Shown here: positions 14,346 through 26,900 of the stretch, one piece after another
Position numbering within the stretch: position 1 is the stretch's first letter
Layout of the letters: each line of letters opens with the position of its first letter
NCBI GenBank assembly: GCA_030265395.1
Contig: JARFYF010000046.1
Span: forward strand, 21,222,925 to 21,286,824
DNA from: Rhina ancylostomus
Taxonomy: Eukaryota
Length of the DNA stretch: 63,900 nucleotides
Reading direction: 5' to 3'
Translations under genes and position numbers: made by a program
The notes under the pieces: model-generated
Database searches by the model: none
Told to the model about the DNA's origin: nothing
The model's input: only the letters and a program-made list of their open reading frames with translations

Positions 14346-15437
14346 AATCCCCATGGGACATGGTACAAGCAAATATCCTTTGCCCATATCTCAAACTTCC
14401 ACAATACAAATAAGGGCTTGATGTCTGAGAATTTTAAAAACAAAACAGATTCTAGAAATACTCAGCAAGTTGGGCAGCATCTGTGGAGAGAGAGAGAGAG
14501 AGAGACTAAATATTTCAGGCCGATGACTCCTCTTCCAGAAGTTAATGCATGTACGACAGACTTTAATGACTGTTTAAAACCTCCAGTTTAAGACTAGATA
14601 ATCCTGAGGCAATCACCATCCAGTGCTGACTGCATTCAGGGGAATCGGGACCTGCATTGGCTGTTACCCAAGAGGTACGTGTCTTTCCATCACAAACTGA
14701 ATTAGAGCAGGAAGCTTACTTACACATCTCCCTAATGCCATTATACCCAAACTAACCTCTCTGGTTAAAATCTAAACAGAAAATGCTGGAAACACTCAGT
14801 TCAAGTAGCTTGTGGAAGAAGAAATAGTTAACATTTCAGATCGAAAATCTTTCTTTTCTAACCTGAAAAGTTAACTTTATTTCTTTCCACAGCTGCCCAA
14901 CCTGCTGAGTATTTCCAGCATTTCAGCATTTTCAACTTTAGAACATAGAATAGTACAGCACTGGAGGCCATTTGACCCATGATGTTGTGCCAATACTGAT
15001 ATTTCAACATTCCAGCATCTGCAGTTCTTTGATTTTTGACTCTGTTTCCTGCACCATCCTGTGCTTCCCCTCCAGATCCCTGACTGCCTGATCCATTTAT
15101 CTTCTGGGCACCATCACCTCTCTGATCTTGCATTGCTCGTCCGGTTGTGATGCTCTACCAGCCTGAGGCCCAAGGTCAGGGGTCCTTTGGACCTCGGCAT
15201 TTAAATGGAAGGGATGTAGACTGGGCACATCCAAATTTGCCCCCCCCCCACTTCACCAAGTGCCCACACACTGGTGTCCCTGAAATCCTGGGAGGACAAC
15301 TTTTGAAGTGGGAGGTTCAGTGCCAAAGTGAGGTTTTTTATTGCTAATAAATAAGGTGCATTCATCTTGCAAAAAAACTTATTTTATGATGCTTTTACAA
15401 AATTTTTTTTTCTCTCTCTGTGACTTCATTGAAACAG

Positions 15438-15713
15438 CAAATAATGCCATTCAGGCCAGATATTCACCATCGCCTCCGCCCAGCCCCGCTGACTGTGAGA
15501 AGAGCCAACAGGAACCAGTCAGTGCAGCTCTGGAAAGCACAAAAGAGAACCAGCAACCTGAGAGCCAATCAACTTCTCACCCACTGCGTGGTAAGAGCCT
15601 GTCCAATGGCCAATCACCTACAGGCATTCAAGAAATGGTGGCCATGTCCTCTGAGTTGGACACTTACGCCATCACCAAAAAGGTTAAGGAAGTGCTAACA
15701 GACAACAATTTAG
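15438..15713 (+). CDS. CUX2: CUX2 exon: linker and start of CUT domain 3
   Basis: aaacag| acceptor. Encodes SPSPPPSP...[10 protein letters not shown]...[31 protein letters not shown]|gtattg donor. Confidence 0.9.
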
Positions 15714-16689
15714 GTATTGTACATTTTCCAATAACTTTCAGTGTAGCTTGTCCATAAAATTGCATTTTTGTAATATATTGCTATCAAAGTTTATGTACCT
15801 TGGGTCATTTTATTTAGAAATGCAGCTTTCATATTCTGAAATCCAGAAATGACACTGGTTTAGAGTAAATGGATTTTCTATCTCTTTCCCTGACCCCCTG
15901 GGCTTTTTTGAAAAAGTAATATACCAATTGCATTGGAAACCCTATCACACTGTAAACCACAAAGCATTTGAAGCTCCCAAGAAGCTGGTTAACCATAAAG
16001 CATTGAAGATTTGAAAGGGAAGAATTCAGGAAGCAATAAGAAGTTGGTCAGTGTCAGGAAAAGCAGAATGTGTGCCTGGCCAGTCCTCTTTATGTCTAAA
16101 TTATGTTCCTAAATTGGATCTGGAAATTCAGTACAAAAATGATCAAATTCACAGGTGTAATTCTGACAAGGCAGGAAAGCATTAAGGTAAACATCTGAGG
16201 ATAAATTTTGGTATTGGAGCCTTATGTCAGCCATAGCACAATGATAACATCCTGACCTCAATCAGGAGATCACAGCAACAAATCCCCCTCCTAAAGTTTG
16301 AACTTATCATGGAGGCTGCTCAGTTTGACAGAGCAGGTGCTTCACTGTTGGAGTGACACCTTCCAGATCTCCTCAAAGGGGAGTGATGCACACATCCCTT
16401 TAATAAGGATATGAATGCTCTGAAGGCATAAGAGGTTTACTAGAATCCTTCCAGGATAGGGATAAACTACATTATTCCCCTTTTGAAGAAAGAAGACTTG
16501 GTAGATAACAAATACAGATTCTGCAAATCTGAAATACTCGGTATATTGGATATCATTTGTAGTTGGAGAAACAAAGTTAACGTTTCAATGCAACGATCTT
16601 GCATCGTTAACCTGAACCATTAACTCTGTTTCTTTTTCCACAAATGCTGCCTGACCTGCTGAGTTTTTCAGAATTTTCTGTATTATTAA

Positions 16690-17020
16690 AGATTTGGTGG
16701 AGGTGTTTAAAGTTGCGAAGGGTTTATATTAACTGTTGATAGAGAAGCTAGTATTAAATTGCTGAAGGGTCAACAACCAGAGGGCTTAGAGTTAACGTAT
16801 TCAGCAAAAGGAGCAGAGGCAGTGGAAAGTCTATTTTATGCAGCAGTTAGTTGGAATTTGAAATGCACGGCCTGAGTGCTCTGTGGAAATAGATTCAGTA
16901 GGCTTCAAAATGGAATCTGGTAAGTCCCGAAGGAGAAAACTTGTAAAGGTATGGGGAGTGGGCAAGGGAATGGGATTAACTTAAGGCTCTGAAAGGCCAA
17001 GAAAAATCACCTTCTGTACT
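16690..17020 (+). mobile_element. CR1-type LINE 3' fragment
   Basis: gatttggtggaggtgtttaaa...aaccagagggcttagagttaa (DLxEVFK...TRG-like). Confidence 0.6.
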
Positions 17021-19823
17021 AAACTGTTCCAGGAAGGTTCATCTGCCATCTCAAGTGGATGCATGTGATCACACAACACTATTTAGGAAGAGTAAAGTGA
17101 TTCTCAGTGTCCTGGCGAGCCTGCTGCCATCCTGTAAAGTGAGCTGGTCAGTGAGTGGATCTCTGCCAGATCCTCATGTCTTTGCCCAAGAGAGAACAGA
17201 GCTCCCTGATAATCAGAGACATTTAAATTAACTAATCTACCAGAAATTAACTTAAAACAAAAACAAAATAAATCACTTGCCTGCAGTCACCATCAGCTGA
17301 TGGTGACCTCATTCAAATGAATGGGATCCAGATTATGTAATCAGCTGTTGCTGGCATAAAGCCGAGGGGCCAGATGCAAAGTGCATCTGGCCACTAAGTT
17401 TCTTATGGTCGTGCTCTGCACTGGACTTGGTGTTGACAACTGGCCTCTAGCCTGATGTGAAGAGGACGTCACCAGCAAGTCTCTGCAGAACCGTCACCAG
17501 CAGGTTGTGACTAATGTGTAATGTGTGTAAACTCGTGTATTCTACAGTGTTAGTGCTGGAATATAATCCTGCATCCCTCACCTTGCGCCTCAGATTATGG
17601 GACATCAGAGCCAGCCTGCAAAGAACAGTGCAACATTGGAGATGGTAGAATCCCGAGGTAAATGAGTCTGGCGGTCTCAGTTCTGGACAGAATATGTGGG
17701 ATAGAATAGGAAGCTGCATAGGTTGGGCTGGTCAAGTTGGGATTGGAAAGCTTTGGAAGGTATCTAATTCAGGTGTCTGTTCCTCATTCAGGTTTGTTGT
17801 GGAAAAAACTTGTACCTTTTTGTTATCAGTCAATCCCAGGGCCTGCTCTCCTGAATCAGTCCANNNNNNNNNNAATGATAAATGGAAGAACTCGGTGGGT
17901 CAGGCAGCATCCGTGGAGGCAAGAGGTGTACGTCAACGTTCCCTCTCAAGACCTTGCATCAATGCTGCTTCACTCGCTGAGCTCCTCCAGCGTTCTGTTT
18001 CTTCCCCCCTAGATTCCAGCATTAGCATTCTCTTTTCAACAATGATAAACGTTGTTTGCCTTTTGTACAGCTAAATGTTTAACTTTTGCACTTTGACCTT
18101 CATTTTTAAATAGTTTTGAGCAATGAGGGATCTTGTTGTATTGGTGTGGGTAATTTGACAGATAACCTTATCATCATTTAATAAAGAATTTTTCAGTTGC
18201 CAAGAGATTCAATGAGCTGTTGTCTGTATCTGTGTGTGCATGGACACGGGTCTCATGCCATTGCTCTGTGCCTGAACACACCAATCAGCAAAAGGCAAAA
18301 GATAACCAATCGCGAACATGGAAAAAGATGAGTCTGCTGCTCTCAATGCAAAGCAGTGAACAAACATTCAAAATGCTCATCGATAATTAAATAGCAACTC
18401 ATATCCCCCATTATACTCAGCACTTGCAGTTGCTAATATGTTTTTCAATAAAGTGAACTATAGGAAGTTACTGCGTAAGGGACTAAGTGTGTGGGGTAAT
18501 CTCTTGGAGGCCCATCCAGTTCTGGGAAATGTTTATGATGAGCAGCAAGAGTGGACGTTGCAGAGCACACCGGAGTTGTATTTGTCTCTGTTTCCACGGC
18601 TCCCTGCAGAAGAAGGGCAAAACCCCAACAGAGCTGACTGCGAGAAGGTCTTCTCCAAAAACATTCAAGTTGCTTTGGTGTGTGTATGTAAATTATTAGA
18701 GCAAATTAGATACAAACTCTGACTTTTACTGAGATAATTTGCCTGAAGAAAACAATCCAAGGCAGTGCCTTGTCTTTCATGTGCTGTTTTTTTTTCCAAA
18801 TGCAGCTTCCTAGTTTGAATTTTAACCCCCTTTAATCTGTGTTTTGTGCTGTTTTCTGAATGCTTACAGCAGCTCTGTTTGTTTATATTAACATCAAAGT
18901 TAAAAAGCTGTTTACTGTAAATAGCAGAATATTGGGAAGAACTGTACCAACTTGAGAGAGTATTGAATAAAAGTAAAATTTTAAAGATGATTAAATCAGA
19001 CCTGTGAAGCAAGTCCAGAGCCAAAGGAGGAGAAATAATTGATTTACAGGACAAATCCAAATTGGTTAATTCCTTTAGTTTTGTGTATTTCTTGATGCCT
19101 GACTTGAATCTCCATGCACTAAACAGATGGCCTTCCTAAAGTTCATCTATATTATTTAGAGATTTCTGTGGTATTTATTTATTTATCTCCGGTTGCTAAG
19201 GGAGGTGGTTTTATTTATTTTCCAGGGAAAATAAGAAACAGATATGGTAGTTTCTTCTCATTTTTCAGTGCAGACATGCACTCTCCACACCCCCTGCACA
19301 TCAGCATCCACCTTGCAGTAATCAGACGTGGTGTGATCAGTGCATGGGGTAGCTGTGACTCTCACTTCCTGCAACACTCTGCCCCTCGTGCCTTTTTGAT
19401 TTAACCCCCCCCATTATAAAACAAGGCAGCAAGCAATGCCACAAGCAATCTGCTCATAGATAAGCTTTGAAACCTGCCCATTGTATTTTAACCATTTTTT
19501 CATTCTATGGAGAGATTTCTGTGTCAATCTTGTGAGAAAAGGAGCCAGTAATTTTCTGATGGTTCAGGGAAGATCCGAAAGATGGAATACTCTGTCCTCT
19601 TGATCTTGTGCCTCTGAGTCATTACCCCCATTGAACTAAATACCATATGTTATACGATGTAATGTCTCTATCCATAAGCAGTGTATCCAACTTAGCATGA
19701 ATGCTGTCAAGGGAAATTGGATAATAATATACATAATCCATTTGCTGAATTGTTTCTAATGATGGATGTGTCGTGTGTCCTTTGAGAAAGTTGTGTAACT
19801 TATTACTATTTCTAGACCTTTAA

Positions 19824-20054
<231 letters not shown>

Positions 20055-20774
20055 GTAATCTGTCTTAAAAAAACCCACCTGCTTTGTGCACAGATGCGCA
20101 ATTTAAATGCATGGTTCTGCTTTATTCTCTATCTTTAAATATCTAGTATTTGCAGAATTAGCATTGACCTGATCCAAATCTGATGGGGTTAATTCAGGTG
20201 CACTTGTTCTCATGTTTTTGTTAGTCTAACTCTTTGGGATTTCCCAAAATATGGAAATGGGAATTCAATCCCATTCCCATTCCTGATCTTAGCCCAGGTG
20301 TGTGAAGGTACTACTTCATAACGCAATGTACCTTCTTTCATCAAACTACTAAAAAACCTCTGCGACATCCCTTCCCCAATCTACATGTGCTTTCCATTTG
20401 TGAGTTATCTGATCGCCAGCAGAGTGAAGAGATTACTAAGTGGGTCTAGTAATCTCTTCACTCTAGTTTCTCTCTGTGGAAGAATGTATGTGCCTATGTT
20501 CAAATAAGTACTTAAACCAAAAATCCTGAGAACAGCCAGCAGATCTGACAGCATTTGTGGTGAATGATTCTTTAACTCTGCTGACCATTTTCATCATTCT
20601 TTCTTTTCAATACTTTGTGGGACTCAAGTGGGGGAGGCAGTCTCCAGTAAAAGTGCAAAAACCTATTGTTTCCCTTTCCACAAATGCTGCTGAGTTTTTC
20701 CAGCGTTCTCTGTTTTTGTTTCAGATTTCCAGCCTCTGTAATGTTGTTTTTGATTTTCATTTACTGCAACATTA

Positions 20775-20895
20775 CTTTGGTAAATCAAAGTCAAAGCTGG
20801 GGTTTATTGTCGAATGCACATATGTGCACAGGTGCAAATGAAAAACTTACTCGCAGCAGCATCACAGGCACATAGGATCACATAAACAGCATATA
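20775..20895 (-). mobile_element. Non-LTR retrotransposon 3' tail (Rex1/RTE-like)
   Basis: Minus strand ends ...gacaataaacccc agc tttgac tttgat: AATAAA followed by a short-repeat tail. Confidence 0.6.
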
Positions 20896-21337
20896 ATTCT
20901 ACAGCAGTGGCTATAAGGAGGGTCACCACAGATAATAATTACTTGGAACAACTACTTGGATGATGCTCCTGCCCCGGTCCAGCCCTCCGGTCTCGCGATG
21001 TCGCGGCGGCGGCGGACGACACGCGCGCGGGAGGCCCGTGGGCGGTCGGAGGTCGGCGAGCGAGGGACGGGACCGGACCGGACCGGACCGGACCGGGTTA
21101 GGGCGGACCGGACAGAGCTGCACCGCACCAAACCCGCGTGTGAGGCACCGCAGATAAACAGTGAGAACCGCGTGGCGTCCGTCCGTCCTTCCCTCACGCC
21201 GAGCGGTGGCGATGGCGCCGTGGGCGGGAAGCCGAGGAGCGGCCGGATGCCTGTGCGAAGGCACCAAGAGAAGGTTCTCCAAGCCCTGCTGCCCTCTGCG
21301 GCCTCGGATCGGCCGGGGTGGGGACACCACTCTTCAA

Positions 21338-21458
21338 CCTCCCCTGAGGCAGGGTCGACGTCAACCATCCCTCTGCCTCCAGGGATGCTGCCCGACCCGC
21401 TGGGTCCCGCCAGTAATTTTTAGCCCCAGATCCCAGTATCTGCAGTCTCTTGTGTCCC
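21338..21458 (+). mobile_element. Penelope-derived short insertion with 13-bp target-site duplication
   Basis: Flanked by CACCACTCTTCAA at 21325-21337 and 21459-21471. Confidence 0.8.
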
Positions 21459-22999
21459 CACCACTCTTCAATTTGTAGAAACTTAGCAAAGGGGAGACTT
21501 TGACAACTCTCTAAGCCTGCATCAAATTGTTAATCCTGGAGAAAATTTATGGGACAAAACATTTTTCCGTGCACCTTTGGCTATTTTCATTTTTTTTAGC
21601 TGCAATAAAAAGGCAATGGGGACAAGAGGATAATTTAACCCCCGAAGTATATATATCAAATTTGAACTCAATTAGCTTTGAACCCTTCCTTTTTTTAATT
21701 TTAAACATGGTTGTAATCATTTAAGTGTGTTAATGAAGCTGTGTGGCTCTTATTTTGCTAATAATTTAGCTCTGGTTAGTAGTACCAAATGTATTATATG
21801 GTAATGTCTACTCTGCTTCTGAAATTTGGTTGGTTTGACTGATGGAACTACATTTTGGAAAGGGAGTAGCACAGGCACCCACAATTACATAGGGTGTTTT
21901 GTCATTCTGACTGGAAGATCCATTTTGAGGCATAACTCTTTCTCTGCTTAACTGCCGGTTGGCTGGGTTCCTTTGGGTCTTATAAAGCCTGGCAACTAAA
22001 GGGACATAAGGCTGTTTGGAAAAGAAAAGTGCTTTTCTAGCACTGTGTGCCAGCAGAATAGAATTGTAAAACATGAGGAGGCCATTTGGCCTATGTTGCT
22101 TGAAAAGAGCCACCAGCCTACTTCCTAGCTCTTGGTCAAAAGCCCTGTAGACAATAACATNNNNNNNNNNNNNNNNNNNNNNNNNNNNNNNNNNNNNNNN
22201 NNNNNNNNNNNNNNNNNNNNNNNNNNNNNNNNNNNNNNNNNNNNNNNNNNNNNNNNNNNNAGTGTTTAGCCTGCTAGGGACAGCCCTGAATTTCCTGCCC
22301 CTTTAATTCTCCGTCCCCTTCCCTCTCTGACCTCTCAGTCCGTGGCCTCCTACAGTGTTCTAACAAGGCATAATATTGGTTTGAAGAACAGCCTTTCATC
22401 TGGGCATGATGCAGTTTAGATGAACAATTTTAGATAAATTAATATGCCCCATAAAAGGGAAAACCTGGACAGGTGAGAGTGATTCCTTAAAAGAGTAATG
22501 ATGACAGACACACCAACTCTTGCCACTCAAAGCCCAGTGCCTGAGAGTTTCAGTCCAACTCTGAATCAAGGGAGCTCATCTTAGCCAGGTGGTCGTACTG
22601 AGTTTACAACTGGACTGGGCTTAGGAGAAGAAAATCAGCCAGAACTCCCAGTCCTGATCACCATCCAACCATAAATGAAGGGTGACTGGTATGGCATTTA
22701 ATGAGGACTCAGTAGCTCTTGGGCAAGGGGAGTATATTGACAAAAGAAGGCACAATTAATGCATTACAAAATCAACTTTCGTTAAGTTACTGGTTTGCTA
22801 TCTTCATGGTGCAAATCCTTCCGACAAGAGTCATGAAGGGATGTCAATAGCCCTTCTCTACAACTTGTCTCTCAAATTTTTTTGGAGTCTTTCTGCATCT
22901 GTTTTTACTTTGGACATGTTGATTCTATGGGCAGGGACCAGTCTTGCTGGGGCTGAAGGTGGTGGAACACATCCTGGCTCTGTGCTTCACTGCTGCCTT

Positions 23000-23280
23000 G
23001 ATTCAGAATCAGCTTTATATCACTGACTTATATGACATGAAATTTGTTTTGTGGCAGCAATACAGTGCAAAGACAAAATTACTATAAATTACAAAAATAA
23101 ATAAATAGTGCAAAAAAAGGAATAACAAAGTAGTGTTCATGGACCATTCAGAAATCTGATGAAGGGGAAGAAGCCGTTTCTGAATTGTTGAGTGTGTGTC
23201 TTGAGGCTACTGTACCTCCTGCCTGATGGTAGAAACAAGAAGAGGGCATGTCCTGGATGGTGAGGATCCTTAGTGCAGGT
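23000..23280 (-). mobile_element. Rex1/Babar-like LINE 3' fragment
   Basis: Reverse complement of the element at 47545-47935 (ttcagaaatctgatg..., ctgtacctcctgcctgatggtag, gattcagaatcag tail). Confidence 0.7.
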
Positions 23281-24951
23281 CATTGACTCGGGGATCCATA
23301 TTTACTATGACTTTCTTCTTATCCTTGGTACCATGCGATCTGCAGGCTTCTATGACCTAGTGATAATGGACTAATTTGGCCTATTGTGCCATGATATTTT
23401 GCTGTGCTCGTGGTATTCTGCATGTTGTTCTTCTGCACATTGCTTCTCTTCTTGCCTCGGCCCTTGATTATCTCGCCTACTCTTCCTTTTCATTTCCTTT
23501 GCACTGCCTCTTTCTTTAACTCTTTTAGATTCTCTGCTTTTACAACAAGCATAACAAAGTCTACCCATTGGTACATCAAGATATCCCCAAGCTGCAAGCA
23601 CTGATTAGAGTTCCTACTAATTTCAAGGCTTTGAACAAAATGTTAGAGATGCTGGCAGGAACAGAGTGCCAAGTCCTGTGGTGCTGGTTTCCCCGATCTA
23701 CCCAAGGAATATGTAAAACTATTCGTATTGATCTCTCTGCCCCTCATTCTCCCTCTGTCTCAAGGGCATTAGACTTCAGAATCTTTGGTCTAATTTTCAA
23801 CTAACCGCTGCAAAGCTAATTTCAAGGTGAAATTTACCATAGGGCAAAGTGGCTTGTTGTTCCCATGGTAAGTTGAAAATGAACCCTTGTGTCCCTTGTG
23901 TATATGTAATTACCAGCAATGACTTCTTTCAACAAAACAGAAAAAAGACAGCTGAAACTACTTTTTTTATTTTTATTTTATCTCTTTTTTTTCCTTCCCA
24001 GCCTCCACTAGTTTAATTCATCTCTAAAGCACTTGCATGCTGTACAAGTGCCTGAATCTCAGAATATAAACTGTAAGTGGTGGCTATTTTGTGTCACGGA
24101 ATGCGACACCCATCCTTGAAAATGTTTATCATAACATCGTTTCCAATGAGGCAGCCACCGCTACTGCACTAAATGCAATTTATAATGGATACAAAAAATG
24201 TTTCGGCAAGCCAGTATGCATATCATTGTCTGTACAGAAGCTTTGCACATCGTTTGTCTCTGTCCATCACAGTTAGAGTGTTAAAGTCTACTCAAATTTC
24301 ATATTCAGAAAGGTGCAATAAATCAGAACCAAAAAGTTACAAAATATGCTAAGCAGCTAGCGACAAACTATCTTGGACTCCAACTAAAAGCGGTGATCTG
24401 AGAGTTGCTGGCAAGGATGGTATTTAATGCCCATTCCTAATTTCCATGAATTAAGAGTCATTTCGAAGGACAGTTATGAGAGGGCCACATTGGTGGGTCT
24501 GGAGACGCATTGTAGACCAGACTGCACAAATACAATAGATTTTTGTCCCCAAAGAGTATTTAATGAACCAGATTGATTTCTGTAGCAATCTGGTTATTTC
24601 ATGGTCACTATTACTGAAATTAACTTTTTGTTCCAGATTCATTTAATTAACTGAATTAAAATTCCCCAAATGCCATAATGGGATTTGAACATGCCCACAG
24701 ATCATTAATCGTGATTACTGGCTCAGTAACTCTTTGCTGCTATTTCCCAAAATAAAGTCTTCCAAAATTTTTAATACTTACAACACCAAAAGTGCTCCTT
24801 AACATCTCTCCAAGGGCTGTGTCTAAGAGAGGCCTAAGGCTCCAGCTCATAGGTTTGCCGATCAGTCGGGAGGGGGAAGGAAATGGATGGTACAGAATCG
24901 GAGGGGCTCAGCATTAATTGCACTAACTATCTTTATAATTTTTTTTCTCAG

Positions 24952-25225
24952 CGTATCTGAAGCGTAGATATGGATTAATAAACGCTGGATCTGACAGTGA
25001 TTCTCCCAGCACCCAGTCGGAATCGGCCAGCCCAAGCATTCAGCACCAAGTATTCCACCATTACCAGGTGAAAAAGCCCAGGGTGGTGCTTGCTCCTGAA
25101 GAGAAGGAGGCTTTGAAGAAAGCCTATCAGTCAGAGCCATACCCCTCCCAACAGACCATTGAGAGCCTGGCTTCTCAACTCAACCGTAAGACAAGCACAG
25201 TCATCAATTGGTTCCACAACTACAG
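24952..25225 (+). CDS. CUX2: CUX2 exon encoding most of the homeodomain
   Basis: tttctcag| acceptor. Encodes [10 protein letters not shown]...[52 protein letters not shown] (His50, Cut class). AG|gttagt donor. Confidence 0.95.
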
Positions 25226-26439
25226 GTTAGTGCACTATTGAAAGGTTCATCAACAAAGCTTCATTGTCTGTCTTCATCTATTTGGAAAAATGTGGATCAA
25301 AAGCTGAAACTGCAGATTCTGCTGTTGAACCAAGCTTCAGACCTGTCATCCACCTGAAACGTTAACTCCATTTCTCTTTCTACAAATGCTGCCTATCCTA
25401 CTGGGTATTTCCCACATTTTTTTGTTTTACTTCTGATTTTTATTCTCTTTATGATTACTAAAACTAAATATTTTAGCGTTGTGAAAGACAAAATAGTTGA
25501 TGCCTTAAAATGAAGGCAAGAATATCATTTGTTAGCTAAATTATGTGGATTCTTTCTAGTGTATTTTAAGGTATATTCCTTGTATTCTCTCTAATGGGTT
25601 GTAATTATGTTTTCATAATTTTAACTGAATGTTCCACAGCTGTTTTCAGGGAACTGGTATGTATTTTTTTCAGTTTGCTGACCTTTCAACAGTTTACAGT
25701 CAGGCTCCATCTCCTTATCTGAATATCTTATTAAAGGAAATAGAGGAATTGGAATCAAATCTGAACCTGACCCCTGACTGAGGGTGAATCTGTTTGGATT
25801 GAAAGGATTGGAATGTGAGAAGGTGCTTCCTCCGGAGGCATCATCTCCCAACTGAAGGAGGCTCTTGGCTTTCTGTCTGAGGCAGCCTGGTGCACACTTG
25901 ATGGACTCCCAACCACAGCCGGCACAGATGACTTCTCCAATATGTCTGTGGCTGGCAGTCGTTACAGTGACCATTACTCTTTCTGTAGCGGGATCTCATA
26001 TTGCAAATGCCCCGGACTTTCCAGATTCTTGTTAGATTTATAAACTAACCAGTGCCAGACTCCATTGTATCCACCTTCTCCAGTAGCCAAGCCATCCTGA
26101 GCCGAGGAGCCAAGCTCGGCCTGTTGTTGCTTTCACGTGTTGTATATGCTGCCTCGGGACAGCCAGGCAAAGAAATTAGTCAGTGTTTCCACTCTGGGTT
26201 GCTGTCCTGCTCCTAGGGTTGAGAATTCCAAAGATTTATGACACTCTGGGAGAATACTGTTTTATTTTCTTTCTACCGAACTCGGTAACCTCACCTTTCC
26301 CCACCTCATACTCCATATGCTAAATTTTTACCCACTCGNNNNNNNNNNNNNNNNNNNNNNNNNNNNNNNNNNNNNNNNNNNNNNNNNNNNNNNNNNNNNN
26401 NNNNNNNNNNNNNNNNNNNNNNNNNNNNNNNNNNNNNNC

Positions 26440-26900
26440 CACTCTGGGAGAATTCTGTTTTAGTTTCTTGCTACCGAACACGGTAACCTCACCTTTCCCC
26501 ACCTCAGACTCCATAGGCTACATTTTTACCCACTCGCCTAACCTCTCAATTAATCTATCTAGATCCCTTTTAAGAACCTTTCTACCAACTTTTTCCTCAC
26601 CTTCCTTAGAGTCATCAATGCACTCAACCCCTTGAATCATTTATTTAGTTTGTAAATAGTTGAGACCCCAGCACTGATCGCAATTGAACCTCATTAGTTA
26701 CAAGTTGCTGATCTGGAAGTGACCCATTTATCCAGAACCTGTTTGTTAGCCAATCTTCTGTCCAAAACCAAGTGCCCTTACCTGTTGTAGTAACTTTTTA
26801 TGTGGTACCTGATCACATACATGCCTTCTGGAAATTCAGATGCACTACATCCATTGGTTTCCCTTTATCCACACACTTGTTACAGTTCAGAGGAGAATTG
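26440..26900 (-). mobile_element. CR1-type LINE reverse-transcriptase fragment
   Basis: Minus frame VDKGKPMDVVHLNFQKA matches the CR1 RT motif DxGxxVDVxYLDFxKAFD. Confidence 0.8.

Noticed and set aside
20923-21478. Several overlapping 100-155 aa ORFs
   Set aside because: They result from extreme GC content and GGACC repeats; no domain or splice support.
26243-26540. Direct duplications flanking 100-N gaps (also ~56430-56580, ~60015-60166 and ~50300-50460)
   Set aside because: Typical contig-overlap or collapsed-repeat artefacts at scaffold gaps; cannot be interpreted without reads.
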